The translations under genes were made by a program, and so were the position numbers. A stretch of DNA of 63,071 nucleotides, the filler included, from Octopus bimaculoides (Eukaryota), in assembly GCF_001194135.2 (NCBI RefSeq). It is 4 parts of 4 records of this genome, joined end to end, with 100 filler letters (N's around TTAATTAATTAA, not from the genome) between each part and the next. Parts side by side here need not be neighbours in the genome. Positions count along the whole stretch, not along the records: positions 38,759 to 56,800 come from NC_068981.1; positions 56,901 to 63,071 come from NC_068986.1; 2 more parts are not named here. One strand, written 5' to 3'. The notes beneath the pieces are model-generated. The model saw only the letters and a list, made by a program, of their open reading frames with translations, had not been told where the DNA came from and searched no databases. Each line of letters opens with the position of its first letter. Positions within the stretch are counted from its first letter, which is position 1. This document shows, piece by piece, positions 49,422 to 62,647 of this stretch.

Positions 49422-50349
49422 CACACGCACACGTCTTCCCTTGCAACTTGCAGTCTTCTCTAGTCTGTTAACATCTTATCAGAAGTCAATACGCTGATGT
49501 CGACAATGTAAATCGTATTTAAAAACATCATGTTAAAAACAACAAAAATATAATCCAATTAATAATTAAAAATTGAAGTACAATCGATGGAATTAACTTT
49601 TTGTCTCCATTTTATTCAATGAACAATATTCCAGATTTGGAAGTTTAGATGAAATGCATTCGTTTGAGAAACAAGTAAGTCGAATAGGCTTAGATTCAAT
49701 CGAAAATTTGGCTGAGAAGGAAAACATTGACTAGATATGCAACGTTTGTTTAGTAGTGTATTAGGTACAAGATAAATTCTAAATTGAGTGATGAAGCAGT
49801 CGCTTTCTTTAAAAGCGGATATGAAAATAAGTTTCCTAATTTTTGAATGTTTTAATGTTGATAGTTACAAGAATCTTTGAATTAAGCGTAAAAGAGAGTG
49901 ATATTTTAGAAGAGAATTAAGAATGATTAAATTTCGGTGTAAACATTCCAATGCCCTTTCAAAATACAGTGTCTGTGGAAATGAAATTAAAAAAACGAAA
50001 TGTAACCAATTTTTCGAATATCTGATAATTTCTAAGATCTTGAGTCTTGGCAAAATTCTAGTTCCCGCCTATTGAAAGTATATAAGTACTTTGCTCTATG
50101 CGGTGAGCTTCAGTTCTCTTGTTTGTGAAAAACCAAATACACATACACACAAGTATACACAAAGGAGCAAAATGAATAATCTTTTTCTAGATAAAGTTCA
50201 CAACTATCGTAGAATTGTAGGATATAAGCTGACACATAACGAACCAACAGCTGAAGCTAAGGTGAATCTCTAAATCTGCGGTGAGCGTAATCACTTTTCT
50301 TGCTTGAATATACTGGAAACCCGAGTAAACGATAAATTAATATTTCTTA

Positions 50350-50391
<42 letters not shown>

Positions 50392-50637
50392 CTTTTTATC
50401 CGTAGCACATGAAGAAAAAAAAAGACATATTTGAATCTTCTTTAAGCTGCACGAAGTTTTATGTAGTCTACATCTAAAAGTAAGGTTTCCTAAATTACAT
50501 CAATCTATATGTTTAGCTAATTCTCCACAAAAATATATGTATTGATTAGACTGAATTTATTTGTTTGCGATTATTTTACATCATTGTTAATGCTTCGAAA
50601 ATATCGAAACTATTTTTTATTGATATGAACTTAACAT

Positions 50638-50852
50638 AAGGCGGTGAGCTGACAGAATCGTTACCATGCCGGGTAAAATGCTTAACGGCATTTCGTCCGT
50701 TTTAGCTTTCTTAGTTCAAATTCCACAGAGGTCGACTTTGCTTTTCATCTTTTCGGGGTCGATAAAATAAGTACCAGTTGAGCTCCGTGGTCGACGTAAT
50801 CGAGTTACCCCTCCACTGAAACTGCTGGTCATGTGCCAAAATTGAAGCCAAC
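50638..50852 (+). mobile_element. family D SINE, full length
   Basis: AAGGCGGTGAGCTGACAGAATCGTTACC...GAGGTCGACTTTGCTTTTCATCTTTTCGGGGTCGATAAAATAAGTACCAG...GTGCCAAAATTGAAGCC. Confidence 0.9.
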
Positions 50853-50914
50853 GTGAACTAATTTCTGTTTCTAACAGGCAAAAGAAGTGAAATATCGGTG
50901 GATAAAGTATACAA

Positions 50915-51052
50915 CAGGTACTTTATTTTTAAAGTTTCCTGCGAGAAGAAATGCAAAGTCGACCTCCGCGGGATTTGAAATTAGAACGTAAAGACCGAGA
51001 ACAAAGATATTTTTTTCTAGGCTCAATCGATTCTACTAATCCTCCGCTGCTA
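50915..51052 (-). mobile_element. family D SINE, degenerate
   Basis: GGTACTTTATTTT...AAATGCAAAGTCGACCTCCGCGGGATTTGAAATTAGAACGTAAAGAC. Confidence 0.75.
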
Positions 51053-51254
51053 ATCTATGAACTACTAATACAAACAATGTATAATCATAATTATTTGTTA
51101 GGTAAATTATTAAGGATTACGATGAGTTAAGATCTTGGCTATTGTTTTGAATTTATGCAGGTATATTATGAAAAGAGCTTTTCTTTAAAAGATCGTTTCT
51201 AAAACCATTCATGGGAGCTTCAATATTTTTCATACAATGTGCCGGCAACAAAGT

Positions 51255-51450
51255 AAATGATAAATTGCCGCAAGACAGCAATAACACTGTGTATTCTGAA
51301 TTGACAACAGGAAAATGTCATCATGTAAGACCAAAAGTGAAGTTGTAAGACGTCTTGAAGCGAAACCCCTCGCCCTGAACTAAAGAAGTTCAATAATGAC
51401 ATCATGGATGGAAAATCATTCAAAGGATTTTTCACATTTTGGCTACGAAT
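51255..51450 (+). mobile_element. RTE-clade LINE 3' ORF2 remnant
   Basis: Translation VYSELTTGKCHHVRPKVKL*DVLKRN matches the RTE C-terminal LYxELxxGKRxxGRPKxRxKDxLKR pattern. Confidence 0.6.
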
Positions 51451-51789
51451 TCTTTGAGCAACACGGAAAAGTTAAAGAGCCGCAGAATCGTCCAGCAAAA
51501 CAGATGAGACATGTTACCATCACAAAAGACTCAAGAACTATATCATGCAGGGAATCTTATTGAATATTTCAGTTAATCATGGGTCTCAACAGTCACCTGT
51601 GTGTCTAAGTATGTATAAATATACACACTTAAACATATATAGTCATATATGTATGCATCCACACGCACACATATACATACGCATAGATGTATGTACATAC
51701 ATGCGTGCATATACGTATGTATACATACAAATGCATAGATACACACACATATATACATACATATATATATGTATATATATATATTATAT

Positions 51790-51834
<45 letters not shown>

Positions 51835-52518
51835 GCATTTAGGTAAATGAAACGAGAATGAGTGGCCGCTGGATCGTACTTGAACAACAAATATAAAAAA
51901 AGGAGTATAGTCTATAACATACAAGATCAATTCTTGATTTATTCAAATTNNNNNNNNNNNNNNNNNNNNNNNNNNNNNNNNNNNNNNNNNNNNNNNNNNN
52001 NNNNNNNNNNNNNNNNNNNNNNNNNNNNNNNNNNNNNNNNNNNNNNNNNNNNNNNNNNNNNNNNNNNNNNNNNNNNNNNNNNNNNNNNNNNNNNNNNNNN
52101 NNNNNNNNNNNNNNNNNNNNNNNNNNNNNNNNNNNNNNNNNNNNNNNNNNNNNNNNNNNNNNNNNNNNNNNNNNNNNNNNNNNNNNNNNNNNNNNNNNNN
52201 NNNNNNNNNNNNNNNNNNNNNNNNNNNNNNNNNNNNNNNNNNNNNNNNNNNNNNNNNNNNNNNNNNNNNNNNNNNNNNNNNNNNNNNNNNNNNNNNNNNN
52301 NNNNNNNNNNNNNNNNNNNNNNNNNNNNNNNNNNNNNNNNNNNNNNNNNNNNNNNNNNNNNNNNNNNNNNNNNNNNNNNNNNNNNNNNNNNNNNNNNNNN
52401 NNNNNNNNNNNNNNNNNNNNNNNNNNNNNNNNNNNNNNNNNNNNNNNNNNNNNNNNNNNNNNNNNNNNNNNNNNNNNNNNNNNNNNNNNNNNNNNNNNNN
52501 NNNNNNNNNNNNNNNNNN

Positions 52519-52557
<39 letters not shown>

Positions 52558-53585
52558 TACACAACACACACATATATGCATACATATGCGTTTGTATATA
52601 TTTGTACATATATGTATATTTTTATGTAGGTATATGTATATGCATTTATATATATATATATACACATACATGTACATAAATGCATATGTAAATATACAAA
52701 TATACGCGTGCGTGCGTGTGCGTACATATGTGTGTTTGTGCGTGTATGTAAGTACAACGTGCATTAGAGCAAATTTGCTAATTTATTCTTTATTGATGTA
52801 ACACAGCTCAATGTGTGCAGATTGTTTTCTGTTCTGTTTGTTTGGTCGTGTCTAGTGAGTATCGCTTATATTGAAATCGGAACAAGACGACGAGCATCCC
52901 TGACTGGAATAGATGAAGAAGAGACGATAATGGTGGAATCAATGGTATACGAGGTGAGGATATTAGTGGAGATCTATGACGACATTAGCTGCAATCAATA
53001 CTTACTTCCTCATTCTCCCTTTTACTATTTCACTGACGCAATGCCAAATCTAATGTCAATTTAGATCTCGCCGTGGAGCTTACATTGTCTATTATTATTG
53101 ATTATATTGATCTACAATTATGGGTGACATCACTGTTGTGTAGCAAACGCAGAGAAACAACTCTTCTTCTTTTTATTACACTGTGTATTGATTCCTGAAA
53201 CCGGCCTATCCTGTCTTTATATCAGCATCATGAATGGATTGTGTGAAGACTAAAGACAGTGTTTGTTATATATGACAATATATAATAACTTGAAATAGTT
53301 TTCTTACAGTCGGTCAAGTAAGTACGTGCCTAAGTACATAACATCTTTGATCCTACATAAACCTATAACTTTGATTTGGTAGAAGAAAAAAACAAACAAA
53401 CCAAAAGCCTCTCAACAAATGTCGGATTATACTTTATGGGAGTTATAAAAAAAATGTTTTCGCCTCAACAAACTTTCTGAGTGCTAACAAGTCAACAGGA
53501 TTAAGGATTAAAGTGGCTTCATTTGGTGACTTTTCAAGTTACTTTTGATGATAATAGTACTAAAAAACGTTTATATAAATATTGA

Positions 53586-53662
53586 TTCTTCTTCTTCTTC
53601 TTCTTCTTCTTCTTCTTCTTCTTCTTCTTCTTCTTCTTCTTCTTCTTCTTCTTCTTCTTCTT

Positions 53663-53691
<29 letters not shown>
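53586..53691. repeat. (CTT)n, about 35 units
   Basis: Direct read. Confidence 0.97.
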
Positions 53692-53694
<3 letters not shown>

Positions 53695-53830
53695 GTTCTG
53701 AGTTCAAATTCTGCCGAGGTCAGCTTTGCCTGTCATCCTTTCGGGGGTCGATAAATCAAGTACCAGCGAAATGCTGGGGTCGACTAGTATCCTCCCCAAA
53801 ATTTGAGGCCTTGTACCCTCGGTAGAAAGG

Positions 53831-53883
<53 letters not shown>
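53691..53883 (+). mobile_element. family D SINE 3' two-thirds with (ATT)n tail
   Basis: TTACGTTCTGAGTTCAAATTCTGCCGAGG...CATCCTTTCGGGGGTCGATAAATCAAGTACCAG...GTAGAAAGG(ATT)n. Confidence 0.88.
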
Positions 53884-54249
53884 GAAAACTTTTCCTTGAT
53901 ATCTGCTGTGTTTACGCATTATCCACCGGACGCCACCCAGACACCTGATGGAGAAAAAAAACGCATATGATGTTTTTTTTAATACAATGGATGATTATAG
54001 GATTGAACAAAGTTTTTAAAGTAGCGCGTGTACATATAGGTGACAAATAAAAATGCTATAAAACTATTAAATACAAAATGATAGTGCTTTTCGTTGAATG
54101 TACAGAGTTTCTATAAGGTTTATTTTCCGTATTTCTTTTAAACATGGTTTTCCTAGTCTATGAATAAGGAAAATAAAACACAATAAAGAAAACACAAAAA
54201 TTAAAGTATTTAAAAAAATCAAAAATATCAAGTAGATTATTGCTGAACG

Positions 54250-54870
54250 ATAACAGTTTTGCGCAAAGTAGCCGCCATCAGCTTCCACCATGGCGTCGAA
54301 TCGTCTCTGAAACGCGGTTCATGCGTTTCTCGTTGCCTCCTGGGCTCTGAGAAGATCCTCGAACACCTCTTCGATCTTGGCCATCAGCTCAGCTTAGAAT
54401 TGCAGGTAGAGTGGTTTGGATCTGTCTCAACCGCACTCAATGCAGAGAAATGTATGGTATTGCTATCGGGGGAATTAGGAAACCAGAAAATGGGGCTGGT
54501 GAAATCGTAAGATTTCTCCGACAATCACTTCTGACTGCTTTTGGAGGCATGGCAAGGCGGCGAATTCTGCTGCTGCACATATGGCCTATTTGTAGCGACC
54601 CTCTGCAGCTAGTTTTTGACCACAATCTCCAGCAGCTTCACATAGCTGTCTGAATTGATTGAGTCAGAAGCCCTGTTCAGAGATGCGGTGATGAACTCCG
54701 CCATAGGGAGGCAATCAGAATATCTACGGCGTTTCTTCTTGATCACAGTTTCATAATCTCCGTTGTACCAGTCCGTGCCATATCTACAGTGTTCACAGAA
54801 TATTGAGTAGAAGTCACGATATGAGCATTTTGATACCCCGCGCGAATCATCTCGATGAAGTTATCTCATT
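54250..54870 (-). mobile_element. Tc1/mariner DD37D (maT) transposase pseudogene, internally deleted
   Basis: Minus strand: IEMIRAG (HTH), then NSDSYVKLL..RPYVQQQNSPPCH..SQK*LSE..DFTSP.FWFPNSPDSNTIH..MVEADGGYF. There are 37 residues between the (mutated) second and third catalytic positions; the first-D region is missing. TIRs not confidently found. Confidence 0.85.
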
Positions 54871-55946
54871 TCCAATATTCAGATGACTTTCAGTCCTGCA
54901 TGTTAGCTAATGTTTGCTCAAATGCAACTGTAATCTTTATGCTTTCAAATATCGTTGACTGTTTACCAATATATTAAGTTATCTCTCAAATCAGGTGACA
55001 TTAAAATCGTAAATTTTCATCTCGACTATTCTGTAAAAATGTGTGTGTGAATTTATGTGTGTGTGTGTGTGTGTTTGTGTGTGAGTTTGCGTGTGTGCGT
55101 GTGTGCGTGTGTGTGTGTGAATCATTACTTTTTACATCCGCGTCTTTGTAGATGCATGCAACCAAGTGACTGCATCTGTTCCTTTAAAGAACCTCAGATG
55201 GAGAATCTTTGGGATGTCTTACACATTTTTATTGTGCCGGTAATAAATTGGGTTTGGAGAATGGGTTCCGGTTCGTTTGCAATTTTTTTTTTTTAATCCT
55301 GCAAATATGTGTGTATGCATGTATGCATGTATGCATGTATGCTTGTGTGTGTCTATATTTATGTGTGCATATTTATGTGTGTGCATATATTTATGTAAGT
55401 ATGTATTTATGTGTCTCTATGTATGTATGAAGGCGTTGACATATGAAGAGTACTTAACGATTGATGTATAGAAAACACCATTGTATTTGATACATTGAAT
55501 CGCTAACATGATTTAGGAGTATTGAAATGTAAAACACGAGAATTAATTTGTAGAAATTGAGTGTAAAACCATAAAAATAACGACTGTAATAAAATATTAA
55601 AGACAACTTGCTGTAGAAGATATCAAAATTTATATGTTTTGCAGTTTTCATGTTTAATGGAGATGTTGCCGTTATTGAGTAGAATAAAATCAACATATAC
55701 AACATTCTCTGTAATATTATCCTCAGAGATATTTGCAAAAAATTTATTGAAATATTTGCGATTCGAAAACAGAATAATATTTTCAGTGGCAATCATTAAA
55801 TTCTAATTATCAAACTTAAAATGAAAAATAAATACGTATTCATTTAATCGAACATTATATAAGAAAATTCGATACAAAATGCTTCTTTTCTGACGTATGT
55901 TTTATAGGGAAAATATAATTAGTTTCGTTGCTATCAAAAGCGTATA

Positions 55947-56021
55947 TTTTTTATATTTTCATTTTATATTTCAGGTGAGTTCGCATTTTGTTTGCATATG
56001 AAGAATGTAGAAGTCGTAAGT
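55947..56021 (+). promoter_or_regulatory. candidate recursive splice site with 41-nt RS-exon
   Basis: TTTTTTATATTTTCATTTTATATTTCAG|GTGAGT (AG at 55973-55974), and a second donor GTAAGT at 56016. Confidence 0.45.
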
Positions 56022-56321
56022 AAATCTTAGTATTTCCTGTTGTAAAGCATTAAATGTATGTTCTCACTTGGCAACCAATACTACCAGATTCGATGCAATA
56101 TATTCGCAATCCACAATAATTTCTACTGCAAGCAAAGTAAATGTCAAGATTACGAGAAAAGCTCAAAGCCATAAAGTTACTGATATTCAAAGAGGATTAA
56201 TATTTCTTATATGTCATTTATCAATGTATTCAAAGGTTAAAACTTAAAGTAAGATATCTTATTTCTGTGAAATAATACGATCCAAAATGCTATATCGGAA
56301 GACGTAAATTTATACAGATCT

Positions 56322-56357
<36 letters not shown>

Positions 56358-56712
56358 GAGTGTGCGCACACATATATATTAAGAAGTAGAGCGCAGCTGA
56401 ACGATTTGACAAGCTACATATGCATAGACAAACATATGCACGCATGCGCATATGCGTCTCTCTGCTCACTCTCTCCACAGTCTGTACGCATATGATAGTA
56501 GCAAGTATTTTGTAAATATAACGAGAGTATTTGTTCATATAATGTTTTAGCAAAGGCCTCAATGAAAAGGAAGAACGCTCGTGTAATAAAATATAAAATG
56601 GCTTTAAAAATAACGCATGAAGAACATGCTTATAAATATAAATACATAAATCTATTCATATATATTAGTCTTGCTATGACTAAGAGAAATATTAAAAAAT
56701 ATATGCACACAA

Positions 56713-56800
<88 letters not shown>

Positions 56801-56900
56801 NNNNNNNNNNNNNNNNNNNNNNNNNNNNNNNNNNNNNNNNNNNNTTAATTAATTAANNNNNNNNNNNNNNNNNNNNNNNNNNNNNNNNNNNNNNNNNNNN

Positions 56901-58190
56901 TATTATTATTATTTTATGTTTGACTCTTCCTTTGAATTTGTACAAGTTGGTTCCAAGTCTTGCTCAGAGACCTCAAGAGACAAGTTAGAAGTTCATGTTG
57001 GTGTTATGCCTAGGGCGCCATATATTTGGTTTTGTACGTAGTGTTGTTCTAGCGAATACTTTTCCTCATCACTGAATGTTTGATTCCGCCCCCTTCAATT
57101 ACCCATAGGTATTTGTAGCTTTTCGCTGGTTCTAACTCTTGTATGAAATTCTGCTGGTCAAGGTTAACGTTAGATGGTTCTGTCATTTTTCCTTTCATAA
57201 AAGTAGCCTTTGCACATTTATAGAGGCCAAATTGCATCCTGATGTCATCACTGAATGCTTTAACAATCGTTAGTAAACCCTTGAGTTGTTAGTCATTTTT
57301 TGCAAAGAGCTTTAAATCATCCATGTAAATGTGATGATTTATATTTTTATCAAACGTCTTATAACCGTATTGTGCATCACTGAGTAACTTCGAAAGAGAT
57401 AATAAGGCTTGACGAAAGAAGAGGGGTGACAGTGAGTCACCCTGGAAAATGCCACATGAAATTCTTACGTCTCCAGCATTTAGAGATTCATTGTCACTGT
57501 TCAAAGTCATTGTGGTTCTCCATGATCTCATACTTACAGACAAAAGGTTTCGCAAAGTAGGAGCTATTTTATACATTTCCAGATATTTCTTAATCAAGCT
57601 ATGTAATAGGCTATCAAAAGCTTCTTAATAGTCTATCCAGGCTATTGACAAGTTTTCGTGTCGTTTGTGGCAATCTTCTAAAATCATCTTATTGATGAGT
57701 AGCTGATTTTACAACCATAAGATTCACGTTTATATCCTTTTTGCTCATTAGGAAATATGCTACTTTCTATTAAAAAACTATAGGTATACTCAGTTAGGAC
57801 AGATGTTAACGTTTTATACATTGTTGGTAAGTAGGTTATCGGTGGATAATTTTTTGGTTCATTTGTTCCTTCATTTTGGGGAAGTAGGAATGGTAAACCA
57901 TTAACTAGCCAAGAGGGAATCATGCTACGGTGTTGCAAAACATCGTTGTAAAGTTTTATGAACAGTTCATGGCTCTCTTGGAAGGCATTCAACCAGAAGT
58001 TAGGAATTTTATCATTTCCTGGAGACTTCCATTTGCTTGACTTCTTGAGAGCAGATCTTATATCTTCTACCTTGACACCCTCCCACTTTTGCTACTCTAA
58101 GGAGTCTAAGTCTGTAGATACTCTATCAATCAAAGTAGATACTCTATCAATCAAACAATGTGAATAAATAAGCTCTGAATTTGACAAGAT
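56901..58190 (-). mobile_element. R4/Dong-clade LINE (copy 4): RT domain joined to a short 3' end and (TAA)n tail
   Basis: KWKSPGNDKIPNFWL, KNYPPITYLPTMYK, PNEQKG, GIFQGDSLSPLFF, HHIYMDDLKLFAKND, QFGLYKCA, KSYKYL. Coding signal stops near 57060; (TAA)n tail at 56901-56913; 5' side runs into gap. Confidence 0.92.
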
Positions 58191-59121
58191 NNNNNNNNNN
58201 NNNNNNNNNNNNNNNNNNNNNNNNNNNNNNNNNNNNNNNNNNNNNNNNNNNNNNNNNNNNNNNNNNNNNNNNNNNNNNNNNNNNNNNNNNNNNNNNNNNN
58301 NNNNNNNNNNNNNNNNNNNNNNNNNNNNNNNNNNNNNNNNNNNNNNNNNNNNNNNNNNNNNNNNNNNNNNNNNNNNNNNNNNNNNNNNNNNNNNNNNNNN
58401 NNNNNNNNNNNNNNNNNNNNNNNNNNNNNNNNNNNNNNNNNNNNNNNNNNNNNNNNNNNNNNNNNNNNNNNNNNNNNNNNNNNNNNNNNNNNNNNNNNNN
58501 NNNNNNNNNNNNNNNNNNNNNNNNNNNNNNNNNNNNNNNNNNNNNNNNNNNNNNNNNNNNNNNNNNNNNNNNNNNNNNNNNNNNNNNNNNNNNNNNNNNN
58601 NNNNNNNNNNNNNNNNNNNNNNNNNNNNNNNNNNNNNNNNNNNNNNNNNNNNNNNNNNNNNNNNNNNNNNNNNNNNNNNNNNNNNNNNNNNNNNNNNNNN
58701 NNNNNNNNNNNNNNNNNNNNNNNNNNNNNNNNNNNNNNNNNNNNNNNNNNNNNNNNNNNNNNNNNNNNNNNNNNNNNNNNNNNNNNNNNNNNNNNNNNNN
58801 NNNNNNNNNNNNNNNNNNNNNNNNNNNNNNNNNNNNNNNNNNNNNNNNNNNNNNNNNNNNNNNNNNNNNNNNNNNNNNNNNNNNNNNNNNNNNNNNNNNN
58901 NNNNNNNNNNNNNNNNNNNNNNNNNNNNNNNNNNNNNNNNNNNNNNNNNNNNNNNNNNNNNNNNNNNNNNNNNNNNNNNNNNNNNNNNNNNNNNNNNNNN
59001 NNNNNNNNNNNNNNNNNNNNNNNNNNNNNNNNNNNNNNNNNNNNNNNNNNNNNNNNNNNNNNNNNNNNNNNNNNNNNNNNNNNNNNNNNNNNNNNNNNNN
59101 NNNNNNNNNNNNNNNNNNNNN

Positions 59122-59832
59122 ATAATAATAATAACAACAACAACAACAACAACAACGCCACCTCTACCACCACCTCTACCACCACTACCTCTACCACCAC
59201 AATCATCACCATCACTTACAACAACTGCAACAGGATCAACAATGATTCTACCTTTTCAATTACACATTAGAGATATTAATTTTTTTTCTATTCACTAGTG
59301 TTTATTAAACAGAAATTCACCATTTCTGCTTCTATTCCAGAATAACTAACCATGACAAAAACATCAAACATCTGTAACAACAACAACAACAACAACAACA
59401 ACACCATCAACAACAACAACAACACCAACAACAGCTAAAAGAACAGCTGGGACAATAAGAGCAATAATACCTATGGAAACAATAGTAACGACAGCAACAA
59501 CAACGACAACTACTACTACTACTACTACTATGACCACCACCAAAGCATCAATCACCACTATCACCAACACGATAGCGACCACCACAACCACTACCACCAC
59601 AACCATCACAACCACCATTACCACCACCATCATCACTACTACTACTACTACTACTACTACTATCACAACAACCATCAATACAACCATAACCATAACCATA
59701 ACCATAACCACAATCACCACTGTCACCACCTCTACAACGACCACCACTACCACCACTACTACTACTATTGTCACTACTACCGCTTCTATTACTACCATTA
59801 AAACCGCCGTCACCACCACAACACCACCACCG

Positions 59833-59901
<69 letters not shown>

Positions 59902-60463
59902 GCTGCTGCTGCTACTGGTACTACTATCACCACCGCCACCACTTTCATTGCTCAGATTCAACTGTAAAGACAACATCCAGTGTCTAAGAAGAGATACAAT
60001 AATTACAATAGAAACAATGGCAACATCGATATGAGATGGAAACAACATCAAGAACGATAACTGCAGCAATATGAACAGCAACAGCAGCAACAACAGCAGA
60101 GGCAGCAGAGGCAGCAGAGGCAACAGCAACAACAACAACGGTAAGGACAGTACAACAACAGCAACACCAAAAGCAATAACAAAGCGAGCGTAAAAAAAAA
60201 AGTTAATAAGATCGATAATAATGAAAATGAACAACAATAAGAGCGGAATCACAAAAGCAATAATACAATTAAAGCAACAACAACAACAACAACAAGAACA
60301 TCACAAAGATGAATGGAAACAAAATTAATGACAAAACAATAGCATCCGTAATAATATCAACAATAACAAAAATATAAATAATAACAAACATTAATAACAG
60401 CAAAGGAGTAAAAAACGAGAGAAAACAATAACAATAATACTTTATCTTTATTTTGATATGTAC

Positions 60464-60513
<50 letters not shown>

Positions 60514-60655
60514 CATTATTATTATTATTGTTATTATTATCATCATTGCTGTTGTTATTATTATTTTTATTATTATTATTGTTATTATTATTATTGAGAG
60601 AGCAATGCATGCCATCAGAATGTTATCATTATCATTATTATTATTGTTGTTGTTG

Positions 60656-60717
<62 letters not shown>

Positions 60718-61215
60718 CATATAATAATAATTATTATTATACAAATGATGATGATGATAATGATGATGATGTGGTGACGATGACGATGAATAACAATACT
60801 AGCGATGCGTATGATGATGTTATTGACGGTGATGATGATTGTGATGATGATGATGATGATGGTGATGGTGATAATGATGACGATGATAATGAAGATAATG
60901 ACGATGACGATGATGATGATATTAATGTTTATAATAACAACACACCTACAAATAACAAACAGGAACGAAATCAACATCACCAACAGCATTGAAAAGAAGA
61001 TAAGAATCAACAAAATTAATAACAAAAAAAAAAAAAGGCAACAGCAAAACTCACTAAAATCGACAACAGCAACAACAACATCAACATCAACAAAAGAAAC
61101 AAAGNNNNNNNNNNAAGAAAATAAATTACCGCAACAAAACAACAATAAGAAAGCCAACATCAGCAGTAACAGAACAACAGCAGAAAATGATGCCAACATG
61201 TATCCTTTGAAATAA
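59122..61215. repeat. about 2-kb mosaic of trinucleotide microsatellites (ACC/ACT/AAC/AGC/AAT/GAT)
   Basis: Direct read; generates the low-complexity poly-T/V/L/I/N/D ORFs in the track. Confidence 0.92.
60596..60619 (-). mobile_element. 24-bp 3'-end stub of family E inside (ATT)n
   Basis: GAGAGAGCAATGCATGCCATCAGA versus E end GAGTGAGAGAGCAGTGCATGCCATCAGA. Confidence 0.65.
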
Positions 61216-61397
61216 GTTTTGCTCATATTGTGTTCTGTTGTTCTTATTTCCTACCTAAAACATAATTGATTTATAGGACTTTTAAGTCTATGTCTGTGTA
61301 TTCTATTTTGTATATTCTCTACAGCCATCCCTATTTTTCAGTCTTCATTGAGTTGATTATATTGGGGAATTGTACTTGGGAATAACATATATATATA

Positions 61398-61565
61398 CAT
61401 ATGTGGCTTCGTGGTAAGAAGCTTGCTTTCCAGCCACATGGTTCTGGGTTCAGTCACACTGTGTGGAACCTTGGGTAAGTATATACTACAATAGCCTTGG
61501 GTCAACCAAACCCTTGTGAGTGGATTTGGTCGACGGAAACTGAAAGAAGCCCGTTGTGTATATAG
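61398..61565 (+). mobile_element. family A SINE 5' half
   Basis: GTGGCTTCGTGGTAAGAAGCTTGC...GGTTCAGTCACACTG...ACCTTGGGTAAGT...TTGTGAGTGGATTTGGTCGACGGAAACTGAAAGAAGCCCG. Confidence 0.88.
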
Positions 61566-61568
61566 GTG

Positions 61569-61602
<34 letters not shown>

Positions 61603-62647
61603 ATCAATGTTAATTCTCTAAATGAAGTATAAACAGTAACTGCACGATAAAGTGTAGTATATTGCCACTTAAGTGTGGCTGACCCCTAGGGGTGGATGTT
61701 ACTCCTGGGGCTAAAAGCAACAGTAACATCNNNNNNNNNNNNNNNNNNNNNNNNNNNNNNNNNNNNNNNNNNNNNNNNNNNNNNNNNNNNNNNNNNNNNN
61801 NNNNNNNNNNNNNNNNNNNNNNNNNNNNNNNNNNNNNNNNNNNNNNNNNNNNNNNNNNNNNNNNNNNNNNNNNNNNNNNNNNNNNNNNNNNNNNNNNNNN
61901 NNNNNNNNNNNNNNNNNNNNNNNNNNNNNNNNNNNNNNNNNNNNNNNNNNNNNNNNNNNNNNNNNNNNNNNNNNNNNNNNNNNNNNNNNNNNNNNNNNNN
62001 NNNNNNNNNNNNNNNNNNNNNNNNNNNNNNNNNNNNNNNNNNNNNNNNNNNNNNNNNNNNNNNNNNNNNNNNNNNNNNNNNNNNNNNNNNNNNNNNNNNN
62101 NNNNNNNNNNNNNNNNNNNNNNNNNNNNNNNNNNNNNNNNNNNNNNNNNNNNNNNNNNNNNNNNNNNNNNNNNNNNNNNNNNNNNNNNNNNNNNNNNNNN
62201 NNNNNNNNNNNNNNNNNNNNNNNNNNNNNNNNNNNNNNNNNNNNNNNNNNNNNNNNNNNNNNNNNNNNNNNNNNNNNNNNNNNNNNNNNNNNNNNNNNNN
62301 NNNNNNNNNNNNNNNNNNNNNNNNNNNNNNNNNNNNNNNNNNNNNNNNNNNNNNNNNNNNNNNNNNNNNNNNNNNNNNNNNNNNNNNNNNNNNNNNNNNN
62401 NNNNNNNNNNNNNNNNNNNNNNNNNNNNNNNNNNNNNNNNNNNNNNNNNNNNNNNNNNNNNNNNNNNNNNNNNNNNNNNNNNNNNNNNNNNNNNNNNNNN
62501 NNNNNNNNNNNNNNNNNNNNNNNNNNNNNNNNNNNNNNNNNNNNNNNNNNNNNNNNNNNNNNNNNNNNNNNNNNNNNNNNNNNNNNNNNNNNNNNNNNNN
62601 NNNNNNNNNNNNNNNNNNNNNNNNNNNNNNNNNNNNNNNNNNNNNNC

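Noticed and set aside
52813-53064. 83-aa ORF with an internal GAG|GTGAGG donor-like site
   Set aside because: No recognisable domain or convincing acceptor; not distinguishable from chance.
58113-58154. 21-bp tandem duplication GTAGATACTCTATCAATCAAA
   Set aside because: Local slippage duplication inside a dead R4 copy.
59364-59967. Mucin-like poly-Thr ORF (164 aa) and antisense poly-Val ORF (194 aa)
   Set aside because: Made entirely of trinucleotide microsatellites that lack stops in several frames; no splice or domain support.
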